Part shown: in pieces, positions 35,763 through 47,716 of the stretch
Numbering within the stretch: position 1 is the stretch's first letter
Layout: the number at the start of each line of letters is the position of its first letter
The notes under the pieces: model-generated
Seen by the model: the letters and a program-made list of their open reading frames with translations, nothing else
Told to the model about the DNA's origin: nothing
The model's database searches: none
From: Eledone cirrhosa
Lineage: Eukaryota
Length of the DNA stretch: 64,000 bases
Direction of reading: 5' to 3'
NCBI GenBank assembly: GCA_964016885.1
Contig: OZ024740.1
Coordinates: 73,718,001-73,782,000 of the forward strand
Program-made: the position numbers and the translations under genes

Positions 35763-38700
35763 GAGGGCCTCAACACTGTAGAGTAGAGGAAAATATGTGA
35801 GCTATAGCTACACCTCATGGCCCATCCAAGAGGTCTGTACTTCTGAAGTACAGACATGGTCTGTGATGACCTGTCCAACCATTGCTAGCAGGGAAATTAG
35901 ATGTTAAAGGAAGATGATGACAATAACCATCATTTAATATCTTGTATCTCTGGAAGCCTGTTATGTGTGCTTGTTTATGTCTAGACTTTCAAAAGGTAGT
36001 AAATTGGCAGAGTTGTTAGAATGTTGAATAGAATGCTTTGCAGTATACGTTCCGACTCTCTGAACTCCCTGAGTTCAAATTCCACCAAGCGCAATTTCCC
36101 TTTCATCCTTTTAAGCTTGATCAAAAAGTCTGGGGTTGATTCTTCCTCCATTTCTCTTTCTCACTTCCTTTCTATCACTCTCTATCTTTCTCTGCTGTAT
36201 TCAGACATGGAGTGGAGTTGGCTTCCACCAGGTTTCAAAATGCCCCAGAAACGCTATATGTCAACATGGCACCCCTATGGCTCACTCAGGAGTTACAGGT
36301 TCATACATACCACAATTTATATGAACCATCAACCACATCATCCATATTTATGGTATTATCATTATCAATAAAATACTGAATAAACTTATTAGATATACAC
36401 TCCTGAATTTAGAAATGAATCATACCTGTGGGTGGTAATGTATATGTGTGCGTGTGAATGTGTATGTCTATATGTTATAAAGTATGTAAATGGAAAGAGA
36501 GAGAGAGTAATATTTGTTGGATTGTATTATATGACCTGAACAGTTATCAATATTATGTGGGCATGGGGGAGTGGGGGTCCGTCAGAATGTGTTTATGTGA
36601 GAGAATGTATATTTAGGGAGAGATAGACTTTGTGATGATAATAATCAGAGCCAGATGTGCCACTTTAAATACAAACATAAGAAATACACTCTCTGATTGG
36701 CTAGAATATATGAAAGGATTATCAAGAGAAACTTTAATCTATGGCATGATAGAAATAAATCAACATTGGTACTCTATTACCTATACAAAGCCTGGTAGAG
36801 AAAGCAGATGGCTTTAAAAATGGCAGAGAAGGGAGAGGGGTATGTGCTTGATGGCATTGAGAAGTAGAGACGATCGTCATCTTAGGAGCTACGAAAAAGT
36901 GAAACATGTAATATTGTGCTTTTATAGTCAAGACATCTTTTTTAACACTGGTGACTTTGTTATTCAAAATACAGCAACATTTTCATAAAATGTTAAACAG
37001 CCATTACACAGGCTTCTCAGACTCAGAGAGTATCAAACACAGGGTCATGGCAGCTACCCCAAAGATTTGTGTAGTTCTAAAATTTCCTTAAAATAAACCC
37101 TGAAGCAAAATTTCATTATTACTTAGACATCAATCCACAACTTCATGAGCTTTGCTTTGCTTTCACTGTAAATGTGTAACTGTGTGGAAGATTTCAGTGT
37201 CATAGGTTGATATTTCTTTGAAGGGGGCAAGCATGCAATAACAGTGCATTCTCATCATGATATGCTCATCTTAAGCAACTTGCTTTTCCCAGAATAGAGC
37301 AGACATGGCATTAATACATGACACATATTGTTTCAACAAGACTGAGTAACCACACATGTAGCAAGAGCCTCTAAGGATGTTATTTAAGAAACCAACCACA
37401 TTATTTCAGTGTGGTAACATGTCATGGATTATTCAATTGCCTGTGCTTTGGTTTTGTGATTATTTCATTTGGCTGAGGGCAGTGGATTGGTGGAATTGTT
37501 AGAGCATCAAACAAAATGCTTTATACTATTCAGTTACTGCCTCAGTTAAATTTGCCTTTCATCTTTTAGAGATTGATAAAATAAGTACCAGTTAAGTACT
37601 GGAATCAACTTTTGACTTCCTCTCACCATTATTACATTTAGCTACTACAAAGGGGAAGTATTCACCAATAAACCACACAGACCAAGTGAAACAACACCTG
37701 CTATTTATCAGGAAATTATAACAATAATTCAAAGCATGGTGTCATTCACAATGTAGAATGTCTATGCTAGGCAACAAGTATGTGTGTAAAACAATGGAAA
37801 GCATTTGGATAATAATGTTATTTTCAAAAATAAAGGATCAGTTACTATTGTGTCATTTATATGTTTGCAAATGGCATGCATTCTTTTGTACATTTAGACA
37901 ATAAAGATAGTTAATGTCCTGTATTTGTCAGTGTTGTATTGATTTAAAAAAACCATCTTGTTTCTGAAGAAGATCTTGTTTCTTAGTCAGACCCTGTACT
38001 TGCAATAGGATTATGGCTATGCTAGGTTGTTCTAACATGCAACCCAGTTTATCACCATTACCTGGTTCTTGGGTATCTTTAAATAGTAAGCCTAATGTAA
38101 AATTAACTTTAGCACTGCCACCTCTCCTCGGGTAGAGTTCACTTTTTACAAGCATTTGAATCATATTTTTCCTGTTGACATTAACTTGAACTAAGTGGAA
38201 AGTTCTCATATTGTCCTTCTTCCTCATAACATATTTTAAACAATTTGATATAAGAACCTTTCGTTGTGCTACAAATAGCCCCTTAATAATGAAATGATAA
38301 TTTTAATAAATACTTCAATTTTAATAAATACTTCAAAATTTTCCATTAATTAATTTAAATACAGTATTTTTCATTAAATAAAGTCATGAAAGGGTTAAGA
38401 GAAAAAGGAGAAACAGATTTAATCATAGGACTTAAACCTCATTGATTTCTCATCACAAAGATCAAACTGAAGTAGGCAGGACATCTTATATTGAACATTA
38501 ATAGAATATCCTGTCCTACTAGCGCTAAATGCCTGACAAATTATCTTGTGAAGATAAAATAGTACAGTTAAAATAGCAGAAATAATTTATGGTATCTAAT
38601 TTGAGAAGATTGAATGACAGCTGTAGTATAAACCAGTAATTTGGTCACACAGCAAGCAATAGATACAGTTTGAGTTCCTCGGTGAACCTGTGGCTAATTT

Positions 38701-38824
38701 CTCTCTCAAATTGGTGGTTATAATGTCTAATACAATGTTTCTTAAACTATAATCTATGAGCACATATGGTTGAGTGGCTATAGAAAAGTTGGCAGTTCAT
38801 ATCCTGTTCTTATCACTGATTGTA

Positions 38825-40400
38825 ACCATCATCACTGTTATCATCATTGTTGTTATCGTCATCATTTTATGTCTGTCTTTCCACATGTCATGTAGGTCTT
38901 CTCCAGTACAACCCCTCTCCACATGTGTAGTAGGTCTTCTCCAGTACAACCTCTCTCCACATGTGTAGTAGGTCTTCTCCAGTACCTCTCTCCACATGTG
39001 TAGTAGGTCTTCTCCAGTACAACCTCTCCACATGTGTAGTAGGTCTTCTCCAGTACAACCTCTCCACATGTGTAGTAGGTCTTCTCCAGTACAACCTCTC
39101 CACATGTGTAGTAGGTCTTCTCCAGTACAACCTCTCACGTGTAGTAGGTCTTCTCCAGTACAACCTCTCTCCACTTGTGTAGGTCTTCTCCAGTACAACC
39201 TCTCTCCACTTGTGTAGGTCTTCTCCAGTACAACCTCTCTCCACTTGTGTAGGTCTTCTCCAGTACAACCTCTCCACATGTGTAGTAGGTCTTCTCCAGT
39301 TCAACCTCTCTCCACATGTGTTGGTCTTCTCCAGTACAACCTCTCTCCACATGTGTTGGTCTTCTCCAGTACAACCTCTCTCCACATGTGTAGGTCTTCT
39401 TCAGTTCAACCTCTCACCACATGTGTAGTACGTCTTCTCCAGTACAACCTCTCACCACATGTGTAGTAGGTCTTCTCCAGTACAACCTCTCTCCACATGT
39501 GTAGTAGGTCTTCTCCAGTACAACCTCTCTCCACATGTGTAGTAGGTCTTCTCCAGTACAACCTCTCACCACATGTGTAGTAGGTCTTCTCCAGTACAAC
39601 CTCTCTCCACATGTGTAGTAGGTCTTCTCCAGTACAACCTCTCACCACATGTGTAGTAGGTCTTCTCCAGTACAACCTCTCTCCACATGTGTAGTAGGTC
39701 TTCTCCAGTTCAACCTCTCACCACATGTGTAGTAGGTCTTCTCCAGTACAACCTCTCACCACATGTGTAGTAGGTCTTCTCCAGTACAACCTCTCTCCAC
39801 TTGTGTAGGTCTTCTCCAGTACAACCTCTCTCCACATGTGTAGTAGGTCTTCTCCAGTACAACCTCTCTCCACATGTGTTGGTCTTCTCCAGTACAACCT
39901 CTCTCCACATGTTGTGTAGGTCTTCTCCAGTACAACCTCTCTCCACATGTGTTGGTCTTCTCCAGTACAACCTCTCTCCACATGTTGTGTAGGTCTTCTC
40001 CAGTACAACCTCTCTCCACATGTTGTATAGGTCTTCTCCAGTACAACCTCTCTCCACATGTTGTGTAGGTCTTCTCCAGTTCAACCTCTCTCCACATGTT
40101 GTGTAGGTCTTCTCCAGTACAACCTCTCTCCACATGTTGTGTAGGTCTTCTCCAGTACAACCTCTCTCCACATGTTGTGTAGGTCTTCTCCAGTACAACC
40201 TCTCTCCACATGTTGTGTAGGTCTTCTCCAGTTGAACATCTCCCCACTTGTTGTGATCATTCATCATCTCTTCTGTGAGGTTTAGATATTTTAGATCAGT
40301 TCTCACTTCAGCTCAGATTTTCCTCTTCCACAGTTTCCTTCCACAGGGTGTGCTTGGCATTTCTTCACCCAAACACTGTCACCCATATTAAGAAAATTCA
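38825..40400 (-). mobile_element. RTE subfamily C-like 3' end hosting the minisatellite
   Basis: Minus frame RTDLKYLNLTEEMMNDHNKWGDVQLEKT enters the array, which exits into TGTGGAAAGACAGACATAAAATGATGACGAT tail. Confidence 0.8.
38879..40250. repeat. Minisatellite, 37 units of mostly 35-38 bp, inside an RTE 3' end
   Basis: Consensus CCACATGTGTAGTAGGTCTTCTCCAGTACAACCTCTCT; 37 GTCTTCT cores counted by eye. Confidence 0.97.
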
Positions 40401-40677
40401 GTTTGAATCTTTGTTGCCCATATATCGTTTATCCATGTAGTTACTGAATGTTTTTCTTCAGTGTTCATTTTTCTAGACTATTTTATTTAATATTTCTTTT
40501 ATGTTATAATTAAAGAGTGGCTCAAGGTTCAGTCTCACTGGCACTGTGGGCAAGTGTCCTCAACTATAGCCTTAGGTCGACCAATATCATCATCATCATC
40601 ATTTTTACATCAACTTTTCCATGCTGGTATGGGTTGGACGGGACTTTTTGAGGCACTGTACAACCAGATGCCTTACC

Positions 40678-41484
40678 TTCCATTGCTAAGGAGCTCAAAG
40701 TTTCAAGGCACACTGTTGGAAGAATTATGCATGAGGACCTTGATTGTTGAGCAAGTTGAAACATCAAGAGCTGGGAAATCTTTGGCTTTTCTATGATGAG
40801 AAAATCTTTGACGAGGACCAAATGGTCTACCGAAGGAATGACTGATGGTTATTCAGAGACCATAAAGACATCCCAACAGTCATGCACACAAAGTTTCCAG
40901 TAACTGTGATGGTTCTGGGAGTCATGAGCAGCGAGGGCGATGTCATGCCTCCTCACTTCTTTTCTCAGGGCTTATGGGTCAATGATGCTGACTATAAGGA
41001 AATGTTGGAGAGGGCTGTGAGGCTTTGGATATGAGCATGAGCAAAGGAAGACCATACACCTATCAACAAAACTCTGCACCATCTCATAAAGCCAAGGTGA
41101 CCTAAGAATGAATGAGCTACAATCTCCACAATCCTGTCACCCAAAACATTTAGCCATCTAGCTCCCCAGACTTGAGTCCATTAGATTACTATGTAAGAGG
41201 TAAGAGGGAAATCAATCAATGCCCCCATAATACAATAAAATCTCTGAAGTCTGCCCATAACTAGCACAATGTCAAAAATGGATAAAGCTCAACTGATTCA
41301 GACATGTCAACGTTTCAGATCCTGTATTGAAGCAGTCATTGATAATAACAGTGTATTCATTAAACAGATGCACCAAAAAGAGTTTCAAGATTATTCACGC
41401 AAATTTTTTCTCAAATAAATCTCTTCTTTCATGACTTATGTGCCTTTTACGAAATCCATGTCCTCAAAGAACTGACCAACCCTG
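40678..41484 (+). mobile_element. maT/DD37D Tc1-mariner transposase pseudogene with right TIR
   Basis: IAKELKVSRHTV (HTH), FYDEK, VMVLGVMSSEG, QQ(N)SAPSH, then 37 residues to the D of SPDLSPLDY; in-frame stops; ends ACCAACCCTG|TA. Confidence 0.88.
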
Positions 41485-41487
41485 TAT

Positions 41488-41825
41488 ATCATTTCATCAT
41501 TTCATTTTACGTCCGCTTTTTCCCTGCTTGCAAGGGTGGGACGGGAACTGATTTTGGCTTGATTTCTACAGCTGGATGCCCTTCCTAACACCAACCTCAT
41601 TTACAGTGAGTGCTGGGTGCTTTTTTTCCGTGGCGCCTACACGACCACTTTGCAGTGGAATGATATGGACCCCAGTCCCTATCATCTCATTTCTACAGCT
41701 GAGTAAACTGGAGCAATGTGAAATAAAATGTCTTGCTCAAGGAAACAACACATCACCCGGTCTGAGAATTGAACTCACAACCTTTCGATTGCAAGGCCAA
41801 TACTCTAACCACTAAGCCATGTGCC
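41488..41825 (-). mobile_element. tRNA-headed SINE with RTE-B-like 3' tail
   Basis: TGGCTTAGTGG..GAGTTCAATTC head, CORE-like middle, and tail matching 14225-14330 then GGACGTAAAATGA. Confidence 0.88.
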
Positions 41826-41941
41826 TATATATATATATAATAATATCAATAATATTATACTCCAGAAGAAAATAGGTTGAGTGCTTCTAATCTGTTATAA
41901 ACTAAATTTGTTGAATAATCAACAAATTAAATAACTCATTG

Positions 41942-41987
<46 letters not shown>

Positions 41988-42098
41988 CTTGCAAGCAGGG
42001 AAAAGCAGACGTAAAATGATGATGATGATATATATATATAACAGTTTTGTAGCTTGCTTGAAGCATTGTTGAATAGGAAGCACAAATTTAAATTTGGT

Positions 42099-42137
<39 letters not shown>

Positions 42138-42160
42138 TTTTATTGATTAATATATATATA

Positions 42161-44490
42161 TCATAATCTATAAAGCTGTATGGTCCGTTTCTTTGTTATA
42201 GAAATCTACGATATAGAATTTCTTCAATTCAAATTTACAATTCAGTATTCGAAATAGCTTCGATTGGGTCATGGCACATATTTTTTTCAATTTCACCCAC
42301 AATTACGCAAAAAATCGATAAAACTCAACATTTTACGATTTTTCTCTCATTTCAACTGACCTCTTCCCATTACCATTCAAAATCTATACAACTTCATACT
42401 TTCTGCTACTTTCTCTTTCCAAGCTGAAACACGTAAAATGAAACTAAATTATTCTTTTCATTTTAAATTGTTCATGTTGATAGTGATACTGTCCGTTTTA
42501 CTCTCTCGTATCATCTGCTTCCCTCTATCTACAACCCACACATTTTGCTACTTTCTCTTTTATACAAAATTTGGTTTATTCACCGTTAGCAACTACGCGC
42601 ATCTTTTAAAAATGTGAGTTACAATGTTTTTCAATCGTTACTCGGTCTAACTTTTAGTTGCTTCAAACTTACTGATTTATTTCCAAACGCATACAAACAC
42701 GCACTCACTTCAAATGATAAAAAAACATTTAAAGCAATTAAACAACGTGCGGGATTTATAACCACACTAACTTTTAGTTGCTTCAAACTTAATGATTTAT
42801 TTACAAACACATACAAACACACACTCACATAAATTGATAAAAAAAAATGTTAAGCAATTAAACAACGTGCGGGATTTATAACCACAAATACACACTTCAT
42901 TAAAAAATAAACTAATAATTTGCGACAATTCTTTTCTTTAAATCGTAAAATTAAACGACATAATTATTTTCATTTTCGGCTGTTAATTTTCATGGGGATA
43001 CTAAACAACTCCTGACCCAGAGGGCGTCATCAACTATCCAATAGAGGTACTCAATTCCTTTGAGCCCCCCGGACTACCACCACACATTCTCAAACTTAAA
43101 GTTGGTGCCCCTATAATGCTCATTAGAAATTTGGTTCCCCCGAAACAATGCAATGGCACACGTTTGATCGTTAAGTCCTTATCTCCCAATCTGATTGAGG
43201 CCGCGATTATCACAGGGTGCGGTCGAGGCAACGTTGTTTCAACTCATACACATTACAGACTAAACAACAAAAACATTAGCCACATTAACGTACAATTTCG
43301 TTTATTCTAAATGTGAGTCTTCAAACTGATTTATTTATTTGCAAACACATACAAACACACACTCACATCAAATGAATAATTAAACTTTAAATCAATTTAA
43401 CTACGTGCCGGATTTCTAACCACACATACACACTTCATTAACAAATAAAAATTCTAATTTGCGACAATTATTTTCTTTCAATCGTAAAATCAAACGACAT
43501 AATTATTTTCATTTTCGGTTGTTAATCTTCATGGGGATAATACTACCCTTCCATTTCACATCATGTGAGTTAACAAATAATTTTTTAAAACACTATTCGC
43601 AGATTTCCTTAAACAACAAGATCAATTGCGTAGCCGGTATTCATTATGTAGCCGGTAAAAGGCTATGTAGTCAGTACGATGTTATATAGCATGAAAAGTT
43701 TATATAACCGGTAAATGTTATGTCGCCGTTAGCATGTGTGTGTGTGTGTGTGTGTGTATTACCGCCAATACACATGTGTGTGTGTGTGTGTGTGTGTGTA
43801 TTACCGCCAATACACATGTGTGTGTGTGTGTGTGTATTACCGCCAATACACATGTGTGTGTGTGCGTGTTTCAATGTAGTTTTCGTTAACAATGACGAGA
43901 GTACAATCGCGCCAGAAACAATTCAATTTCTCATTCTTAACTGCTAGGGACGTTCACAGGTTCATTAAGTACTTTCAGTAAGGAATAAAAAAAATTAGGG
44001 ATTGAACCAAAAACCACGACATAAACAGGCACCAACAAACGTTTTCTTTGTCCTGTCAAAACGTGATTGATCCTATCCCTTTCACCTACGACCTCAGTTA
44101 GGTCAGGCGAAAGTCAAATAGACAGGGGATCACCTATGTAGGTACAAACCCTGCTGCGGTATGTCTATTTTTCTAGCTAATATATATATATATATATATA
44201 TATAAACCTTAATTTGATTATATATATATATATAAACCGTGTATAAAAATATAACATAAATTCATTTAACACAACTGAAACTGGATTTCTTCAAATTTAT
44301 TTGGATTTTAGTCTTCAAATTTATTATTATATTATATATATATATATATTCGTATACAGATATTTTTGCATACACAGTAACAACATATAAACAAACGCAT
44401 TTATTTGAAGAGGCTCGATAAGGATAAATATATATCAAATATATAAGAACCCTAGAGCAAATCCCGAGCAACGCCAGGCAATTCTGCTAG
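42161..44490 (+). mobile_element. Non-autonomous Helitron with PIF1 helicase remnant
   Basis: A|TC 5' end in (TA)n; GC-rich subterminal CCCGAGCAACGCCAGG then CTAG|T at 44487-44491; internal tandem duplications and a helicase fragment. Confidence 0.8.
43008..43239 (+). pseudogene. Helitron PIF1-family helicase fragment
   Basis: YPIEVLNSFEPPGLPPHILKLKVGAPIMLIRNL..CNGTRLIVKSLSPNLIEAAIITG, open frame. Confidence 0.92.
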
Positions 44491-44739
44491 TATATATATA
44501 TATAAACGGAAAAAATGAAACAAAATTTCATTTCTCACTCTTAGTACGGCTGTTACTTAAATATAAGTATGTACACGTACATACATATATGTATACAGAC
44601 GTACAGTAGTATGTATATATATATATACATACATGCACACATATATATATATGTTGATGTATTGTTGTGATGTGTTCTGATGTGTGGTTGTGATGTTATG
44701 TGTATGTGTTTTGTATTTGGTGTTATGGTGCTTGTTTGG

Positions 44740-45200
44740 AGGCTATTTGTATTAGAGATTCTTTTATAGTTAATTTTCTGTATCTGTGATTCTATGTTGG
44801 TTGCAGTAGAGTAAGATAGTTTGATAGTACTTCTATTAAAGATTTTATGGTATTTGTGAAGTTTAGGGAAGTGTCAATTAATTTAAAGAATATAGAAGGT
44901 AGTTTGGTTTTTATAGAGGAGTTAAATATTGGATTGAACCATAAGTATTTTCTATCTCTGGATCTTCTATAGTTCTTAGGGGTCCTTATATTAGTATTCG
45001 GTTCAATTATTTCTGGTGCTCGTTGCCTATTTCTGTTTAGTCCTATATTTGTTATTTCTATAGGTGTGGGTGGTGTTATTGCTGTTAAGTGTGTTGTTGT
45101 TGTTTGTATCTGGTATGTATTTGAGCCTCTCTTTGTGGCCTGCCTTAAGTAAAGCTATGTTGTAGTAGTTAGTGTATTCATTAAAAATCTCTAGGTTAGA
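44740..45200 (-). mobile_element. Penelope-like element ORF fragment (post-RT region)
   Basis: SNLEIFNEYTNYYNIALLKAGHKERLKY..RKYLWFNPIFNSSIKT..HFPKLHKYHKIFNRSTIKLSYS, matching the WFNPP..HFP..KIFNR..SYS motif I recognise from Penelope-like elements. Confidence 0.8.
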
Positions 45201-45811
45201 AGATGGATTGTCATGTTATGAGACAAGTCAGGGCAGGTGACCATGTCTTGCTCATACAAATCTGTATTTTGACTTCGTTTCTATGACTGGACGTTTTTCC
45301 TAACACCAACCACATTACAGTGTGGACTGGGTGTTTTTTATCGTGGCACCAAAACAGTCACCCGCCCAACTGCCCGCCTGCCTGTGTGCGTGTGCATACG
45401 TATATACAATTCATGAGCTTAACTGATATCTGGTGCATCTATAGAATGTCTTGTAGATATATAGTGCACCAGTCAAATCAGCAATCATGGGCAAGGAGTG
45501 GTGAAACTACCAGGATGAAGTGGACCAATGCTGATATGCTGGACCTAAAAAGTGCTGCAGAAATCCTATGAGGGTTTTATGACAACGGAAGTAACGGCAA
45601 CTTAATTAACGTTGTCTGTCTGCATGTATACTGCCACAAAAAACATTGCAGAAGATATTTATGATTCTGTGAATATGTGGTGGTTTCCATAAACAATTAT
45701 TAGTTAGGTTCTAAGAAAAATTCTGCGAATGTCGGGACTGCAAATGCCGAAGGTACACTGTGGTGTGTGTGGTGTGTGGTGTGTGTGTGTATACATATAT
45801 ACACACATAAT

Positions 45812-45975
45812 AGATTCCTGAAGGTGAACAGGAGGTGACCACAGTTAAAGAAGGTACTCAATACATCTTTATTTTATACAGAAATGACTTCTACAGGAGT
45901 AGAACTGTTTCATTCATATGATGATTTCATATGAATAAAACAGTTCTAGTCCTGTAGAAGTCATTTCAATACAAA
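45812..45975. mobile_element. Penelope-like pseudo-LTR fragment folded back at the hammerhead
   Basis: Inverted arms ~45881-45921 and ~45927-45967 contain AACAGTTCTA(G/C)TCCTGTAGAA, homologous to 29341-29361. Confidence 0.72.
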
Positions 45976-46636
45976 AGAAAGACATATACATATCCATACA
46001 TAGTTGGCAGAAAAGAGAAGAGAATACTCAATACTGAAGTAGAGTTTAAATATTTATTTATTATGGCCTCCAGAGTAACAAGACTCACTATTTAGTCATA
46101 ATAAATTAATATATATTTTTGTATATTCAGATTTCAATTATTGAGAAGCTTTTAGAAGAGACTTAAATGTTTACAAAATAACTTGCATGCTAGTTTACAC
46201 ACAAACATTTATAAATATATCCCATCAGAAGTTACCTCCTTTGGCCCCTCAAGGGTAAACAAAGTTTTTTAGATGATTAACTCAAGTCACATACAGATTA
46301 GCTTATAAATTAAGTTACGCACATATTACATATACACACGTTTCTCTCTTTCTAGCCCCAAAAAATTCAGAATTTGGGGATTGCCTCTTGTTCTTGGAAA
46401 GGAGATCTCCACTGTATTATAACCAAATTTAGTGGGCTAATGGGTTTGTTTTTTATGTTTTGTGTTGGTGCCCGATGAGAGGCCAGTATTGAAATGGCTC
46501 CTCCACTATACAGTAGTGGCCATAACTACCCCACTCTGAAACCTAAAGTCTCACAGAAATATTAATTCTATAAAGTTTTAATTATGCTATAATATATAAC
46601 ACACATATACATACATACATACATACATACACACAC

Positions 46637-46673
<37 letters not shown>

Positions 46674-46962
46674 CCCACACACACACATTTATATACATAT
46701 ATTCATACACATTCAACTATACTCAGCTCATAAAACTTGACATACATACCGTTTGTAACCTTTTTTTTTATGTTCCCAATAAACTCACTCCTAGCATGAA
46801 TGAGGAAAAATTCATATTTAATATTCTTTAATTAGATTGTGGTATTTATAAGGTGTAGCCAATAAACTATGTTATATGAGATACAACAAGCATTTTAAGG
46901 TCATCTTCCCATGTGAGGTTACTCATTTCTCCCTATCACCAGCATTACTGCTCACGAATCCC

Positions 46963-47098
46963 CTTGTTAAGGTATTGTTTTCGAAATAGATATCAAAATC
47001 TCATAGATTTGATATGTGAAAATTATGTGAGATAAAGTCTTTACCTCTTTACCGTGAAAATATAAAAGCATATATAGAGTAATGTTAATGCTAAAGGG
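46963..47098 (+). mobile_element. piggyBac-type MITE, right half
   Basis: Ends GAGTAATGTTAATGCTAAAGGG|TTAA. Confidence 0.85.
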
Positions 47099-47102
47099 TT
47101 AA

Positions 47103-47384
47103 GTGGTACCAGTCTTGTAACAATTAAGTTTCTTTATATATTAAAAAAAACATTATACATGACAAAAAAAAGACATTTCTAAAAATCCAATACATTATAA
47201 AATGAATAAGATAGGTTACGGTCTCAATATGTAAACTAAACGACTAATTCTGATTTTAAAATAAATCAATGGAGAACCTAGAAAAGTTACCGATCCCTTC
47301 CTCCCACACATATTCAAACTCCCCCATTTATCCCCCCCCCTCCCACACATATTCCATCCTCCTCTATTATTTAGAATCCGAGAG
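47103..47384 (-). mobile_element. TA-flanked MITE family copy (left part, reversed)
   Basis: Reverse complement of 5852-6107, ending at the CCAC-TTAA site. Confidence 0.78.
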
Positions 47385-47390
47385 TAGTTC

Positions 47391-47716
47391 TCATCATCAT
47401 CATTATCAATTTACGTTCGCTTTTCCCTGCTTGTAAGGGTGGGGCGGGAACTGATTTTGGCTTGATTTCTACAGCTGGATGCCCTTCCTAACACCAACCT
47501 CATTTACAGTGAGTGCTGGGTGCTTTTTTGTCGTGGCACCTCCATGACCACTTTGCAGTGGAATGATATGGACCCCAGTCCCTATTATCTCATTTCTACA
47601 GCTGAGTAAACTGGAGCAATGTGAAATAAAGTGTCTTGCTCAAGGAAACAACACATCATTGAACTCACAACCTTTCGATTGCAAGGCCAATGCTCTAACC
47701 ATTAAGCCATGTGCCT
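47391..47716 (-). mobile_element. tRNA-headed SINE with RTE-B-like 3' tail
   Basis: Near-identical to 41488-41825; a tail-only copy lies at 57990-58097 and a head-only copy at 62426-62540. Confidence 0.88.

Noticed and set aside
38879-40250. CRISPR-like array of ~36-bp repeats, and repetitive ORFs in several frames
   Set aside because: The units are head-to-tail with no unique spacers and no cas genes; the context is eukaryotic and the unit derives from a LINE.
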